Source of the DNA: Podarcis cretensis
Taxonomy: Eukaryota
DNA: 64,000 nt
Assembly: GCA_951804945.1 (NCBI GenBank)
Contig: OX638149.1
Span: forward strand, 102,486,001 to 102,550,000
Reading direction: 5' to 3'
Part shown: in pieces, positions 38,517 to 51,459 of the stretch
Position numbering within the stretch: the stretch's first letter is position 1
How the letters are laid out: every line of letters starts with the position of its first letter
The notes under the pieces: model-generated
What the model saw: only the letters and a program-made list of their open reading frames with translations
Database searches by the model: none
What the model was told of the DNA's origin: nothing
Program-made: the position numbers and the translations under genes

Positions 38517-38600
38517 GTGTTCTGATACACAATAACATACCACTACCAATGTTCTGATACACAATATCATAATACCAGTGTTCTGATACACAATAACATA
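38514..38600. repeat. Three tandem copies of a 26-bp unit at the CR1 5' junction
   Basis: CCA(G/A)TGTTCTGATACACAATA(A/T)CATA at 38514, 38546 and 38575. Confidence 0.92.
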
Positions 38601-39235
38601 ATTTGGGTGTGAAAAAAAAAAGTGTTGAGTCAAATAAAATAGCTTCGTTATTTTCATTAAGAAAACATAGACAGGAAACTGTATTTCCTGAGATAAGAGC
38701 ATGCCTTTCAGGTCATTAACTCTTGAAAGAAAGGAGGCCTGGATACTCCCTATAAAGATTTATCTCTGTGATTTCAGGGCATTCAGATGTCTTAAGCCTG
38801 AGTTTTAATCCCTTGCAGCTACCTGGCATGGTGTCACCCTTGCATGTTACTTCTAAATCTTTATTGCTTTCTACAGTTATGGTGCCATTCCCGCTGGAAT
38901 CAAGCTTACTCGCCACATTCGTTCCGACATTCTTTCACACTTCATAAGCCTCCATACCATCATTAATTAGGAGATATTTCCTCCTGAAAGTCCCCTGTAT
39001 CTCCCTGATGGTGCATGAAGAGATATATCTGCTCCACACCAAATTGCTATATGTCTCCCATTGGTCATTATCATTTTAGGACAAGCAAATTGGTTCTAAT
39101 GTCTGTGGCCATGGAAGGAGGAGCGTAGCTTCCCATACAGGAAATGTGTCTGTAACTTAAAAGCAAGAGGTGCCTAAGAACTTCTGAGTGAATATGCTTA
39201 AATGACAGTATTTTGGATTCTTCTCTAAGCCACCT

Positions 39236-39268
39236 CATACATACATACATACATACATACATACATAC
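39236..39268. repeat. (CATA)n microsatellite
   Basis: Directly visible; may be a retroelement tail. Confidence 0.95.
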
Positions 39269-40000
39269 TTTTATTTGCATACCACCTTCCCACAGTTCAA
39301 ACTGTGCTCCCAGCAGCTAATAACATGGGGGGGGGGGATACATAACTACAACATAACAAAAGTAGTCATAAACAAGAAATAAAATACACAAGCAAATGGA
39401 AATTTCCATGTGAATCATAACAAATTCTAAAACAAAGATACAAAATAAAAGAAAGATATGAAAGCCAACAGCAACAAATACCCCCAAACACCCCAGCAAT
39501 ACGTAAATCCAGTTTTATAGAAAAATATTGCTGTATTTGATATATATATTTGAAACACATAAGTGAGATATGTATGTAAGTGTATGGGTGGTACATGTAT
39601 CCCTATGTGAAATATATACAGTATGTGATTAAAAGATCAGGTTCTTACAGGGAACGTGAAAGAAATAATACATTTGTTTGTAAAGCTCCTCCTGCCCCTT
39701 TCTTTGTTAATAAATAAGAGTTTATGTTGGAGATGATTAAAACTTTTCTTTTTGCAGACGGTCTCAAGGCTTTATGCATAGGTTAAGGGCCATGTAAAAA
39801 TCTCAGCCTTCATTTTTGAAACCTCGGAGACATTTGTCTGTGTTATGTGTTTTCAGCCCCTTAGGGAGATTCTCTTCCATTTCTTTTTCTTTCTGCAGAC
39901 ATGATGGGACATTTTTCTATGTATATCTGAGTGGTATTGCTCAGAACCGTATCCATTCCATCTACCTTCAACTTCACCTGAAGGGCAAAAAATCCCTAAG

Positions 40001-40183
40001 NNNNNNNNNNNNNNNNNNNNNNNNNNNNNNNNNNNNNNNNNNNNNNNNNNNNNNNNNNNNNNNNNNNNNNNNNNNNNNNNNNNNNNNNNNNNNNNNNNNN
40101 NNNNNNNNNNNNNNNNNNNNNNNNNNNNNNNNNNNNNNNNNNNNNNNNNNNNNNNNNNNNNNNNNNNNNNNNNNNNNNNNNNN
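40001..40183. other. Assembly gap (N run)
   Basis: 183 Ns. Confidence 1.
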
Positions 40184-42131
40184 TCAAGCTAATAATCTTT
40201 GAACATAAGCCTTTGTTGCTGTTACAGGGACCTTCCAGATGTGAGTCAGAGAAACCTTTTTTTCCTTTCCCTCCCCTTCCACCTTGCACAAAACAGTGTT
40301 AAGCCTGTCACCGCTGACAGTAAGGTTCAGTGATCTGTCAACATTCACCCCCTGATAGAGACAGCGAGAGAAATCCATGGCTCTAGAGAGTTCAGTGGAG
40401 ACCAAGCAGTATGTTTGCAAAAGAGCATTTTTATATGTTTTCTTGTGACAGCAGTAGTTCAACAGAAAATAGTTGGAGTGTGCCAGCGAGAAGGTGGGGG
40501 GAGGAAGACAGTAGTAGTAAGTTAGGCTAGCATGACATGATGGATCTGGACTATGACAAACAGAATTGGAAAAAAACATCCCTGGGGACCAACTACACCA
40601 GGTTTGCTGAATTGTATTTCGTGATTTCTTACTGTGCAACAGTGCTTTTTAGTGTTAGACTGACTGGGCTTCAGAATATTTTTAAAATTGTACAAATCAA
40701 GATCCATGTAGCTTAACAATGAAAGATGTAAAAGGTTTAGGAGTTTGATGTATTGAAAGGCATTCTGTATTCCCTGGCGTAAGTATTAAATGTACACTTT
40801 GTCTGTCTGATGAATTTTAAATCTTGGTGGAAGGCAGCATGCGCTGCGGTAGTTTAGGGGGTATAAAAGCCTTGCTCAAAAGGGAGTGCATCGGCCGCAA
40901 AGTGCTCTGATTTAAAGATAGAGTTTTGCTCTCTGCCTTGCCTTGTTGTGCCTAGGCATTCCACTACCTATGAGGCTGGATTAAGCAGGGTGCTAAGGCT
41001 ACAACAAAGTAGGGCCCAAGTCCAAACAGTATGCTGTGGGGTAGTATAATTATCGAAGAAAATCCTGTAATGAACACCATGCCTGCCGTGCTTCTTGTGC
41101 CGGGTTTGTCTTACATATGCTCATGTTTTCTCTCTTTTTATAATGCAAGGGGTAAATGATTTGAGCTGCTGGGGATAATGTAAGAAGATACTGCCAGATA
41201 CTGACTTTAGGGGAAGGACTGGGGGAAATCCTGCGTTGAAGTTAGTGGGGAATTTCCTCCCCAAGCAAATACCAACCTCTGGGGGTAAATTTTTCTTAGG
41301 ATTGTAAATGGAAGGAAAAGGGTTAAAAACCCTTCCACTCCTGTTGCAGTATTGAGGATCAACCCCTCTCCCTGCTTAGGCTATTCTGATTTACCTTCTA
41401 TGTGAGGCTTCTCTTGGGCTTAACCTCTTAGCAAGTGCTTTGTCAACAGAGGGCAGCAGATCACACTTCTCTGGATGTCTCAGTTCACCTGGAGCAAAAA
41501 AACTCATTGATAACTATTTTACAGAGGAGGTTGAGAAAGCACAGAGGTTGAGAAGGCAGATTTCCAGCGCTGAAGCTGAATTCCCCAAGAGAATAGGAAT
41601 AGGGGACTCCAGGTCTGAGTCATCAGATTGGTTTGGAAGAGCCATAATTGGTTCTTCATAATAAACTATTGTGTGTTGAGGTCCTCAAGCCGCCCCAATA
41701 ACTCACACATCACACATAATTTTTGTTTAAGGTTTTTGGCATAATTTTGGCCACAACTTTATTTAAATACATAACTGTGAGTTGTTGCTTAGGCATTGGT
41801 TCCGACTATCTGTCCCCCCATCCAGGGACAGAACTGACTTCCGGATTCCAGCGGAAGCCAGTCAGGGAAAACAATATTGGGGAGAAATGAAGCTGGGCAC
41901 CAGACCCTCACCTCTCCCCGCATGCTCCCAGAGGCTTGCATGGCCCAAGCCCGATGCCAGGGACTTGGACAAAAGCATGGCAAGCCCCTGGATTCCTTTA
42001 ACGGAATTCCCTTGCAACACCAGCATTGGAGGGGCAGGCACTTTTTTAACCAATTTTTTTTTTTTAACCAATGCCTAACCGCAAACCTTACAAGTTGTCA
42101 TGATTTGCTACGCAGTAGGCAAAAAAACCAG

Positions 42132-42526
42132 GGGACGCAGGTGGCGCTGTGGGTTAAAAGCCTCAGCGCCTAGGGCTTGCCGATCGAAAGGTCGGCGGTT
42201 CGAATCCCTGCGGCGGGGTGCGCTCCCGCTGCTCGGTCCCAGCGCCTGCCAACCTAGCAGTTCGAAAGCACCTCCGGGTGCAAGTAGATAAATAGGGACC
42301 GCTTACCAGCGGGAAGGTAAACGGCGTTTCCGTGTGCGGCTCTGGCTCTGGCCAGAGCAGCGATGTCACGCTGGCCACGTGACCCGGAAGTGTCTCCGGA
42401 CAGCGCTGGCCCCTGGCCTCTTGAGTGAGATGGGCGCACAACCCCAGAGTCTGTCAAGACTGGCCCGTACGGGCAGGGGTACCTTTACCTTTACCTTTAC
42501 CTTTACCTTTACCTTTACCTTTACCT
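42132..42526 (+). mobile_element. Full-length, CpG-rich Sauria SINE (distinct subfamily)
   Basis: Head GGGACGCAGGTGGCGCTGTGGGTTAAA, B box GGTTCGAATCC, (ACCTTT)7 tail; TSD TAGGC(A)7CCA / TAGGC(A)5CCA. Confidence 0.95.
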
Positions 42527-43043
42527 TAGGCAAAAACCAAATGGCTCCAGCCAATCAGCCAAATGGACAAAATTCCTACCAGGCCCCTGCCCCAAAAGCA
42601 GGCGACCCCATGAAAGGCATAGCAAGGTCAAGTGCAAAATCCCCAGTTCAGGGAGGGTGGGTGGGTGATCCAGTGCACGCAGCAAAAGAGAAAGCCCAAA
42701 GCTGTGTGCCCAATATTTAAAACCTTTGAGCCCAACCCACAGTTTGGTAACATCGAAATCTCCCCAGAAACACAAGTAGCCAATCACAGCCTGTGGCCAT
42801 CCAAACAGATCTGCCCAGCAACAGTGGGGGGGGGCTGCTAGACCCCACTGCAACACACACTCTCTATTAAGGAGAACACGCTTTGGTAAAGTATTTATTT
42901 TATTACATTTATATCCTGTGTTTTCTCCAATGAGTTCGAGATGGTGTACACATTCTCCTTCCCATTTTATCTTCCCAACTACCCTGTTTGGTAGGTTAGG
43001 CTGAGAGGGATTGACCCAAAGAGCATATAATCTGCATCAATAT

Positions 43044-43161
43044 TAAGGTTACCAGACATCCCCGTTTCCCGGAGACAGTCCCCAGATTTACAAAATCCAT
43101 CTATTTAGTAGGAAGTTGAAAGGCGTCCCGGGATTCATTGAAAAAGAATCTGGTAACCTTA
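43044..43161. mobile_element. hAT-Blackjack-like MITE
   Basis: Perfect 13-bp TIR TAAGGTTACCAGA / TCTGGTAACCTTA; TSD ATCAATAT / ATCTATAT. Confidence 0.88.
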
Positions 43162-44929
43162 ATCTATATATGATACCTGTTTGCTCTTGTGGAGGCAGAG
43201 CATGAAATGAAGCAATACATTCTTCTCCTTAACTTTAGGTTGATGTATTAAGGCTAATTAATCTACATGGCTGTATTTTTTCATCCCCTTTAAAGTAGCG
43301 ATTTTGCAGTTCATCATCAGAAACCTGATCTGTTGCAGGCCTAACCCTTTCTTGAGAAAGCATTTGTCAAGAGAATCCACAAGGAATAACACACATTTGA
43401 GGCATTGCAAGGCTTCAAGTCATTTCCTACCCTCATCACTAACTTAAAATAGTGCTGAGCCAAAATGTGGGCTCCCCTTTTGCATTTCACCTCAGCACTC
43501 ATTTGAACTGGTAATCGTGGAAGGAGTCCATTTGGAGTTCTGCCATCCTATCACAGCATAGATTCATGGTTAACAAAATAGATTAAAAGGGAAATTAGAC
43601 TTTGACCACTTTGCTTTGAGTTTTCCACTTTCTACAGAGGGCACCATTTGGGGCCTGTAATGTTGTGCCTGCATGATGGGATCGCTGATATATTTCTGAA
43701 TGCACTACACAGTCAGAGACTTATTAGAAGCATAAAGTTGCTTTTCCTTCCATGACCCTCACAGTTTAAATCTAAAAAGGTCAACCAAGAGATTTTAAAT
43801 AATTCTCCAGTCTGAGAGGGGGATATCCTAGTGCCGCTGCCAATTGATTTGACTCATGCTATCAGTCATGGTGCTGCCAATCATGTTGCTGATACTTGTC
43901 AGGTTTGTCGTGCTGCCAAGCACCAGGTCTAAAATTGACAAGGGATGTATAAAGTCATTGAGGCTCTAAGTCACGTATGGTTTGTGTGGTGGAACAAATA
44001 CTTCTGCTAGAATTTTAAAGGGGGGGGGGGTTTCATATTCATGTTTCACTATTTGTAGTCTGAATCAGTATTTCGATTAGATTGTTGTATTGAGTCACAC
44101 ACTTCAATACTAAGAGAAATATAATTACCCCTGTTTAAAAAAGCATTGTCCCCAAAATGCATATATTTCAAAAAAGACTTTTGCCACTTGTTGAGAAATA
44201 ATATAGTCTAGATATGAGGGTCAAACTACTCCAGTATGCAGAGTTTAAACAGCTTCCAGGGTTAATTGTTTTTCCCCCCTGTTTGAAAGGTTTATAATAA
44301 TACATGCTTTAGGTAAATTGCAACTATTCATATCTCCTATTGAATATAAATTTGTTCATTGAAGCTTCATTGAAAAGTGGCATAGGACAGTACACTCATT
44401 TATGCAAAACAGATGCTGCTAAATGGAAAACTTCCATAAAACAATGAAGAGTCTTGTAGCATCTTAGGAACCAGTCCTAAGCCTGCCACCCTGCTTGGCA
44501 GAGCCTTACAGAACAGCAGGGCCATCTCCACATCCCCAACATTGCTTCGCATGGAAGCCAGGGCAGAAGCTGCAGAACAGGCTCTGACAGCAGTGGGGCT
44601 GGAACCTAGATTCAGTGGATCCTGGTCTAGCTCAGCCTCACTTCCACCTGCCTGCACATTCAGCAGGCAGAAGCTCCATGCCAGTTTCAGCTGATTCACA
44701 TATATTACCATTTTTTTGTATAAACTGCAAATGCAATAAAATGTTGCATTACAAAAAGGACTTGCATAAGTGGCATTTGGGTGCCTTTAAAATGTCTGTT
44801 ATGCCCGCAGGAATTCATACAACTCATGGCACAAAGAGCTAAGTATCAATAGGCTGCTAAATTGTCCTTCCCAGATGCATAAGTGAGGGAAACAAGACAC
44901 TGTATTCTTACTGTATGGGATATAACTCA

Positions 44930-45290
44930 GTTACCTGATCTGCATCAGGTGGCATTCCCTTTGAAGAAACAAATTCATAGTCCGGGAGTACTCCTTGAGC
45001 CATTATTGTCATAGGAGGCTCAAGTGGCCTTGGTAGCTAAGAGTGTTTTTTGTTTCATTTTCGTTTTTGCTTTTACAGTTTCAACTGATAACCAGCTTGA
45101 GACATTCCTGGGTAGTGATAGATTTGCAACAATGGTTCATGCCTTGGTAACCTCATAACTGGATTACTGCAATGTGCACTATGTGGGGCTGCCCTTAAGT
45201 TTGGTCTCGAAGGTGCAGCCAGTGCAGAATGCAGCAGTCTGGCTCATGACCCTGGTTGTCTTCCAGCAACACATAACACTTGTGGCCCTC
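44930..45290 (+). mobile_element. Old L2 ORF2 fragment
   Basis: gccttggtaacctcataactggattactgcaatg (LVTSxLDYCN) and VQNAAVWL; homologous to the 20765 region. Confidence 0.8.
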
Positions 45291-47019
45291 CAGATGGTGT
45301 TGAACACTACTAAAATACACAAACCAAATGGAAACAAGAAAACAAGCTTTATATAAATACACCAGAACTGGAAACAAGTATAAAAGCAATAAAAACAAGT
45401 AAAACAAATGTAACTAAATAATGTATTCGGATAGGCTTGCTGAAACACGTTTATAGCAAATTTCTGGAGTCTGGTGACTCTGTTGAGGATGCCAACACCA
45501 AGGATAACTATGGAAGATCAGGGTTTGCTTGCATGTGGGGAGAGTCTCTGCAAATGCAGAATGCTCCCCATTGCAAAAGATTGCTGCAAATGTGCAAAGA
45601 GCCCTTGTGTGTCTCCAGAGGGGCGGGTGCATGAGGCAGAGCCAAACACAAGCCTCTACTTGTGTTTCCCTCTCCAGGCAATAATGCCTGAAGATGCCTT
45701 TTGAGATCATCAGTTGAGATAATTGAAATGCCTACTGAACAATTTCTATTTTCATCTACCTGTTGCTATCATCTGGTCCAGAACATACATTATAGGAAAT
45801 CATATTTCTGATTAGTTACAACACTGTCAAGTCTTAAACATCTAACAATAGTAAAGAGATTGCTGACATTTATACAGAACTTCTCTTTTCATTATAGCGT
45901 CGTAAAATATATACTACAAGATCGTTGGACCGTTGTTGGTTTTATATTTGTAAGCCATTTTGAGCAACTCTTTGTGGAGGAGAAAAGTGATTTTTCTTTT
46001 GTGTGTGTGTGTTATATAATTTCCTGAACCCTTGGGAAGTAACTTTATCATTACAGTGAGCATCCTGTTGTTTAAAAACACAAAACTACTCATATATTAC
46101 AAAGTGGCAAGATTCTGTCAATCAAGCAAAACCAGTTGGCACCATAATGCCTGATACAATATATGTTCAAAATAGGTACACAGTACATTTATTGTACTGT
46201 TCTTCGGAGATACCTAGATTGAATTTCTCCCCAGGCAGCTATTTCAGAAGCTACAAGCTATTTTATTCAGACACCTGTTTCCTTTCATTGTCTGATAACT
46301 TAAGCTTATTGGGCCAGCCCATGTGAAAAGATAAGGCTGGACTGCTACAGTTTTGTTTATAAGGGCACACTTAGTCATGCACTTAAAGATTGGTCAAAGG
46401 AATTTAGCAGCGTTAACCATGTGGATGGGATGATGCAGCTGCTTTTATCGTGAACTTAGATTACTGTCAGTTTGAGTTTCTGGCACAGTGTTGTGTTCTC
46501 TCGTTGCTTTGCTATAATGAATTTCTTTTCCTTGGAAAGCAGCTGCACATCTGGGACAGTTGGCAACACACAAAATGGACACTCAGCTGGGGATTCTTAA
46601 TTATGCCTAAGGAAGGCTAATTCCTGATTTCCCTTTCGCCAGAATCTTGTGTATATTCTGCTGCTGTTTCATATTTTTAGAGCAGGTTATGTACATGTTC
46701 TTATTCATTACTGATTGATGTGTTGTCTCTCCCTCTCTCCCTCTTTTTCTTTCTTTCTATGTTTGTGTGTGTGACATTGGTACAACCATACCACTCCTTG
46801 CGTGGCTTTCCACATTAGCTACATAGAGGAAAAAACCTGCACTCAAGTGATACCATAGAACTGTTTAATCTACATTCAGTTCAATGTATACAAGTGTTTT
46901 TGAATAAAATATCAAAATGGCTGCTCACACCCAGCATAGTTACTTTCCAAAACACTGTTGTTGTTTTGTTTTTAAATTATACCCTCTTCATTTATTGAAA
47001 TTCCTTTCAAAACCATATA

Positions 47020-47245
47020 CAGTGGTACCTCAGGTTACATACGCTTCAGGTTACAGACTCTGCTAACCGAGAAATAGTGCTTCAGGTTAAGAACTTTGCT
47101 TCAGGAAGAGAACAGAAATTGTGCTCCGGCGGCGCGGTGGCAGCAGGAGGCCCCATTAGCTAAAGTGGTGCTTCAGGTTAAGAACAGTTTCAGGTTAAGA
47201 ACGGAACTCCGGAACGAATTAAGTACTTAACCTGAGGTACCACTG
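47020..47245 (+). mobile_element. Tigger/pogo-like MITE, family A
   Basis: TIRs CAGTGGTACCTCAGGTTA / TAACCTGAGGTACCACTG, TA TSD. Confidence 0.92.
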
Positions 47246-47581
47246 TAGAACTCTCTTACTTGACCTATATTTTTCCTGTGTGTACCAGTTAGTACCCAGG
47301 TGGAGACTGAAAGGCGGAATACAGCTCCCATAGTAGTAGCAACACAGTGGGAATTTAGACATGTTATTGTTGAATATGTGGTCCTCACACCATGTTATGG
47401 GCAGTTTCCCTTGCCTTGTGACATGGGCGGGGAAGAGACATTGCACTTTGAGAACAATTCTGAAGTTCTTTGGGCTCACAAAATTAGTGTTACACCTCCT
47501 AGGATATTGACTCTAGTGGATGAACTAACCAGAGCTTTTGGGGGTCCTTTCTGCCAAGCAACTAAGAACCTGTTCAGATTA

Positions 47582-47782
47582 CAGTGGTACCTCTGGTTAC
47601 ATACTTAATTTGTTCCGGAGGTCCGTTCTTAACCTGAAACACCACTTTAGCTAATGGGGCCTCCCACTGCCGCCACGCCGCCGGAGCATGATTTCTGTTC
47701 TCATCCTGAAGTACACCCGAGGTAGTATTTCTGGGTTAGCGGAGTCTGTAACCTGAAGCATATGCAACCCGAGGTTCCATTG
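47582..47782 (-). mobile_element. Tigger/pogo-like MITE, family A (inverted, internally shorter)
   Basis: Reverse complement of the 47020 copy; TA on both sides. Confidence 0.9.
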
Positions 47783-47810
47783 TAGTCCAGTAACTTTCAG
47801 TTTGCCAATG

Positions 47811-48200
47811 CAATGGACCCTCTAGATATGTACCGCTCTGGATATGTAATGTTTGGGTTATGAACACGGCAAACCCGGAAGTATACACTTGTGTGCACTT
47901 TCCCCACTTGTGTGCGCAGAAGCACTTAATTGCACTACGTGCATGTACAGAAGTGGCGCCTCTGCCTACGGACTTTTCAGGTTGTGGACGTACCCCCCAG
48001 AACGAATTTACCGTATTTTTCCGTGTATAAGACTAGGTTTCTTCCCCTACAAAATAATGTCAAAAATTAGGGGGCGTCTTATCACGGATACATCTCCCCC
48101 CATTTTCTTAAAATGGGGGCGTCTTATACATGGGGCGTCTTATACATGGGGCGTCTTATAGATGGAAAAATACGGTAATTCGTATCCAGAGGGTTCACTG
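47811..48200. mobile_element. Tigger-like MITE, family C, carrying a nested MITE
   Basis: TIRs CAATGGACCCTCTAGATATG / CGTATCCAGAGGGTTCACTG; right TA intact, left reads TG. Confidence 0.8.
48011..48175. mobile_element. Tc2/pogo-like MITE nested in the family C MITE
   Basis: TIRs CCGTATTTTTCCGTGTATAAGAC / GTCTTATAGATGGAAAAATACGG, TA TSD, four GGGGCGTCTTAT subterminal repeats. Confidence 0.9.
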
Positions 48201-51064
48201 TACCGATATCCAGTGGTGGGACCATCAGGAACATGCCACCTGTGGTGATGTGTCAAAAGCTCACTTTGGCAGAATTCAGGATAGGGTGTCAGCAATGCAC
48301 ACTGCAGACTGACAAAGTGAATATCCACATAAATGTAGGGATGGCCAAGATGGTGCCCTCCGGACGTTGTTAAACTCCAGCTACCATCATTCTTGACAAT
48401 ATGGTTTTTATCAGTCCATAATACTTCTTTCTATAGTACTTGAATTTATTATTTGAAGCTTCTCTAATGCTGCAATCCTATACACAACTTCTGAACTCAA
48501 TGTGGCTTACTTCTGAGTAGACATGCATAGGTTTTCACTGTTGGTATCCTAGCAAATGTAAGTGAACAGTTCACGGCATATGGAAAATCAAGAAAAAGTA
48601 TGCAAACGCTATATATATATATATATTTAATCTTCCCTCTTAGTTCACTGCATTATTGTACTGTTTGAGCTGCTATTAAAAACAGCACATTTATGACTAC
48701 ATTTTTTAAAAGAAAACAAAAAAAAAACCCCTAGCCTTGTTTATTCCTAGGTTGTTTCATCAATAAAATCTGACATTTCTGCACGAAAGATGTTATGCTA
48801 TAGGAATTAACTCTTAGTCAATTGTAAATAATTGTATTATGCTGGAATGTTATCACCAAGATTAGAAATCATTTCCTGTGGAATCATGTTCTTGCTTCCT
48901 CAGCACTGTTCCAATCGAAGGGAATTTGAATGAGGTGGATCTCATTATGAACATAAAGTAGATGAAGCTTGAATAATTTTTATATTTATTTCCCATAGAT
49001 GGCCATTCCATTTCTTATCCTGTCTATCCAAATCTTATAAAATAAATTGTTCTAATCCATTCTATGGAGAGAAGCAATGAATTTGTTTTTGCCGAAGCAA
49101 AGTAGCTGTATATATGCATAAAAAAATTGTTAACACAGTTATTTATACAAAGAAGTGGAGCTCCCTTACCTTTGATTTCATTTACATACTTCATTTGCCT
49201 TCTGACAAGTTCTTCTTTTTCCTCTTTTATTTATGTGCCAAAAATATGTCTTTTCAGATAAGTCAACCAAACCTTTAATGTATTGTATATTTTAAAACTA
49301 CATAAAATGCATTCACTCGATTTCCCCCCTGTCCCACAAGCATTTGTTAAAGGTGATGCTATATCAAGATTAGACATATTTTACCACTGATAACAGTATA
49401 ATGGCATTGTATTTCTTAAATATTATGAACAAATAGATGTGTTCTATTTTAAAGTCTAATCTGACATTTACACTGAATTATCAAGCATTAAAAAAGAAAC
49501 TTTATCACCAGAAAGTTAAAAATGTTGGCAGCCTGTCTTTTATAAATATAGACGTTGGAGCCCACTCCCTGAGAAAGAATTTGACCAATTTATTTTAAGT
49601 GCACAAAAGATGTCAACAACCTAGCTGTGTTTCTGTTCAAACATGGAGAACATTCTCAGTTTCCCATAGGTAGTTCTTAGGTTGTAACTCATGTCATTCA
49701 TCAGTGAAGGAAAAAGAGGCAGGATGTTGATATAATAGGGTCAAGCTCTGGAAATGCAAGTTTAACTCTTGCTTTCCCTCAGCAGCTCTTAGTTAACCAA
49801 AACATGGGTTTAATTTGCATAGCTCATCACTAAAGTATTAAACTCATTAAATAAATTAGGCAGAAGAGCTGAATTTACTTCTCTCAAACAGTTATTTTAG
49901 ATGATTAAGTATTATCCCTTCATATTTGTAAAAGCTCAAAAGGAGAAATTGCCTTTCTAGTTTGGACAACATGCACTGGTAGACCTTCATAAATCCCCTG
50001 CTGGATTGGTAATGGCGAGAGCAATGGGTGGGGGGTGGGCAGGGGCTACTGCCCTTGGTTGCAAAATCCACAGCCTGAGGATGAGTGTGTTGTTACTGTT
50101 GTTGTATCAGTAAGCACACATGCAGCTCTCCTCAGATCATTGGAACTGTCAGTTTTCAATTGGAAGCTGATGCAATTTCACACATGCACACACACACACA
50201 GGTTTGAGCTGACTCCTTGCATATAATATAAGATGGCTGCTATAGATTTGTTTTTTTCAATATGTAAGAGCCACGATGTGGAATTCCCTTGAATAGTAGG
50301 TGCAGACAGTTGACAGAAGGGAAGGAACAGGAAAAGTTAGAACAGATGGACCCAAATTTTATAATACATTTTTAGGTTCTGTTTTCCTCTGCTAGATGTA
50401 GCTATGCCTTCTTTATAGCTGCATCACAATAGCTACTCAGCTTCACATAATTTTTAACAGCCAAAGTCCTTCCAGAAAGTGTTTTCCTCATTCACTTCCT
50501 ACTGATGAGTCATTTGGCAATTATCGTTTATCTATACCTGAGAAGTTCTGATTTGGCAGTACCTAAAAGACATCCTCTAGCCATAGAAAGTGTCTGTTGG
50601 AAGCAACACTCCTGGGGCAGAACAGAAACATAGCACTGCCACACTGAGGGTGCTGGCTTCATTTTTACTCAGTACCACTTGGGTGACAGTACTAAAATCT
50701 TGGAGCACTGAGCATTTGTTCTCAGAGGGAATCACGGAGAGACAGTAGTTTGTCTTTTGGGGATTGCCAAACTTGCATTCTCCTATTAGATAACTATCTA
50801 AATCCCAGCAGTGAAGAAGTGTGCAAAGAAAGATGGTCACGTGGGCCCTACTGGATTTCAAATTATTTTGTTTGTGTCTTGAAGAAATCTCCCCCTAAGG
50901 AATCTAAGCTTTCTTTGCCCTTTACCGTAATGGTGAAGTAAGCCTCTCTAGGATGGCGAGAGCAGTTGTTCAGGGTGGTATGACATTCTCCCTGATCTCT
51001 TTCTGACATGTATGCCTTTATCTTGCCAGAGGACAGAATGCAAGTGCATCCCTTGAGAAAGTTT

Positions 51065-51260
51065 TAAAAAGAATTGCTTTATTTGGCCAGATCAAGATCA
51101 AGTTCTTCATAGCAGTGATCACCCCAGATGCCTCTAGAAAGCTCACAAGCAGAGCATGATGGTTAAAGGCATATCCTGCCATCATTTTTTGTCACCTATA
51201 CCTTGCATTCAGAGTTTATCTACCTCCGAATATGGATGTTTAGCTGTCAAGGCTAATACA
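51065..51260 (-). mobile_element. Decayed CR1 3' UTR
   Basis: ccagatgcctctagaaagctcacaagcagagcatga resembles the 29044 and 61311 copies. Confidence 0.55.
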
Positions 51261-51459
51261 TGATGATACAAACATTTTAAGTGTGCCCCTCTGATCTAGA
51301 GGTAGAGCTTTCCTTTTACTTTTTAAGAAGGAAGCCATTTCTTGCACTATTTAAATTTCAATTATAAAACTGTGTTTCAGGTCCACAAGGCTTGGACTGT
51401 ACACTTTTTTTAACGTATGGCGATCTGCATTATGAAGTTTCTGAAGATACAAAAGAAAA

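Noticed and set aside
37834-38562. 242-aa ORF as a host gene
   Set aside because: It is the CR1 ORF2 C-terminus, 5'-truncated; the apparent N-terminus comes from the flanking tandem repeat.
38514-38600. CRISPR-like repeat array
   Set aside because: Vertebrate DNA, only 3-6 bp between units, no cas genes.
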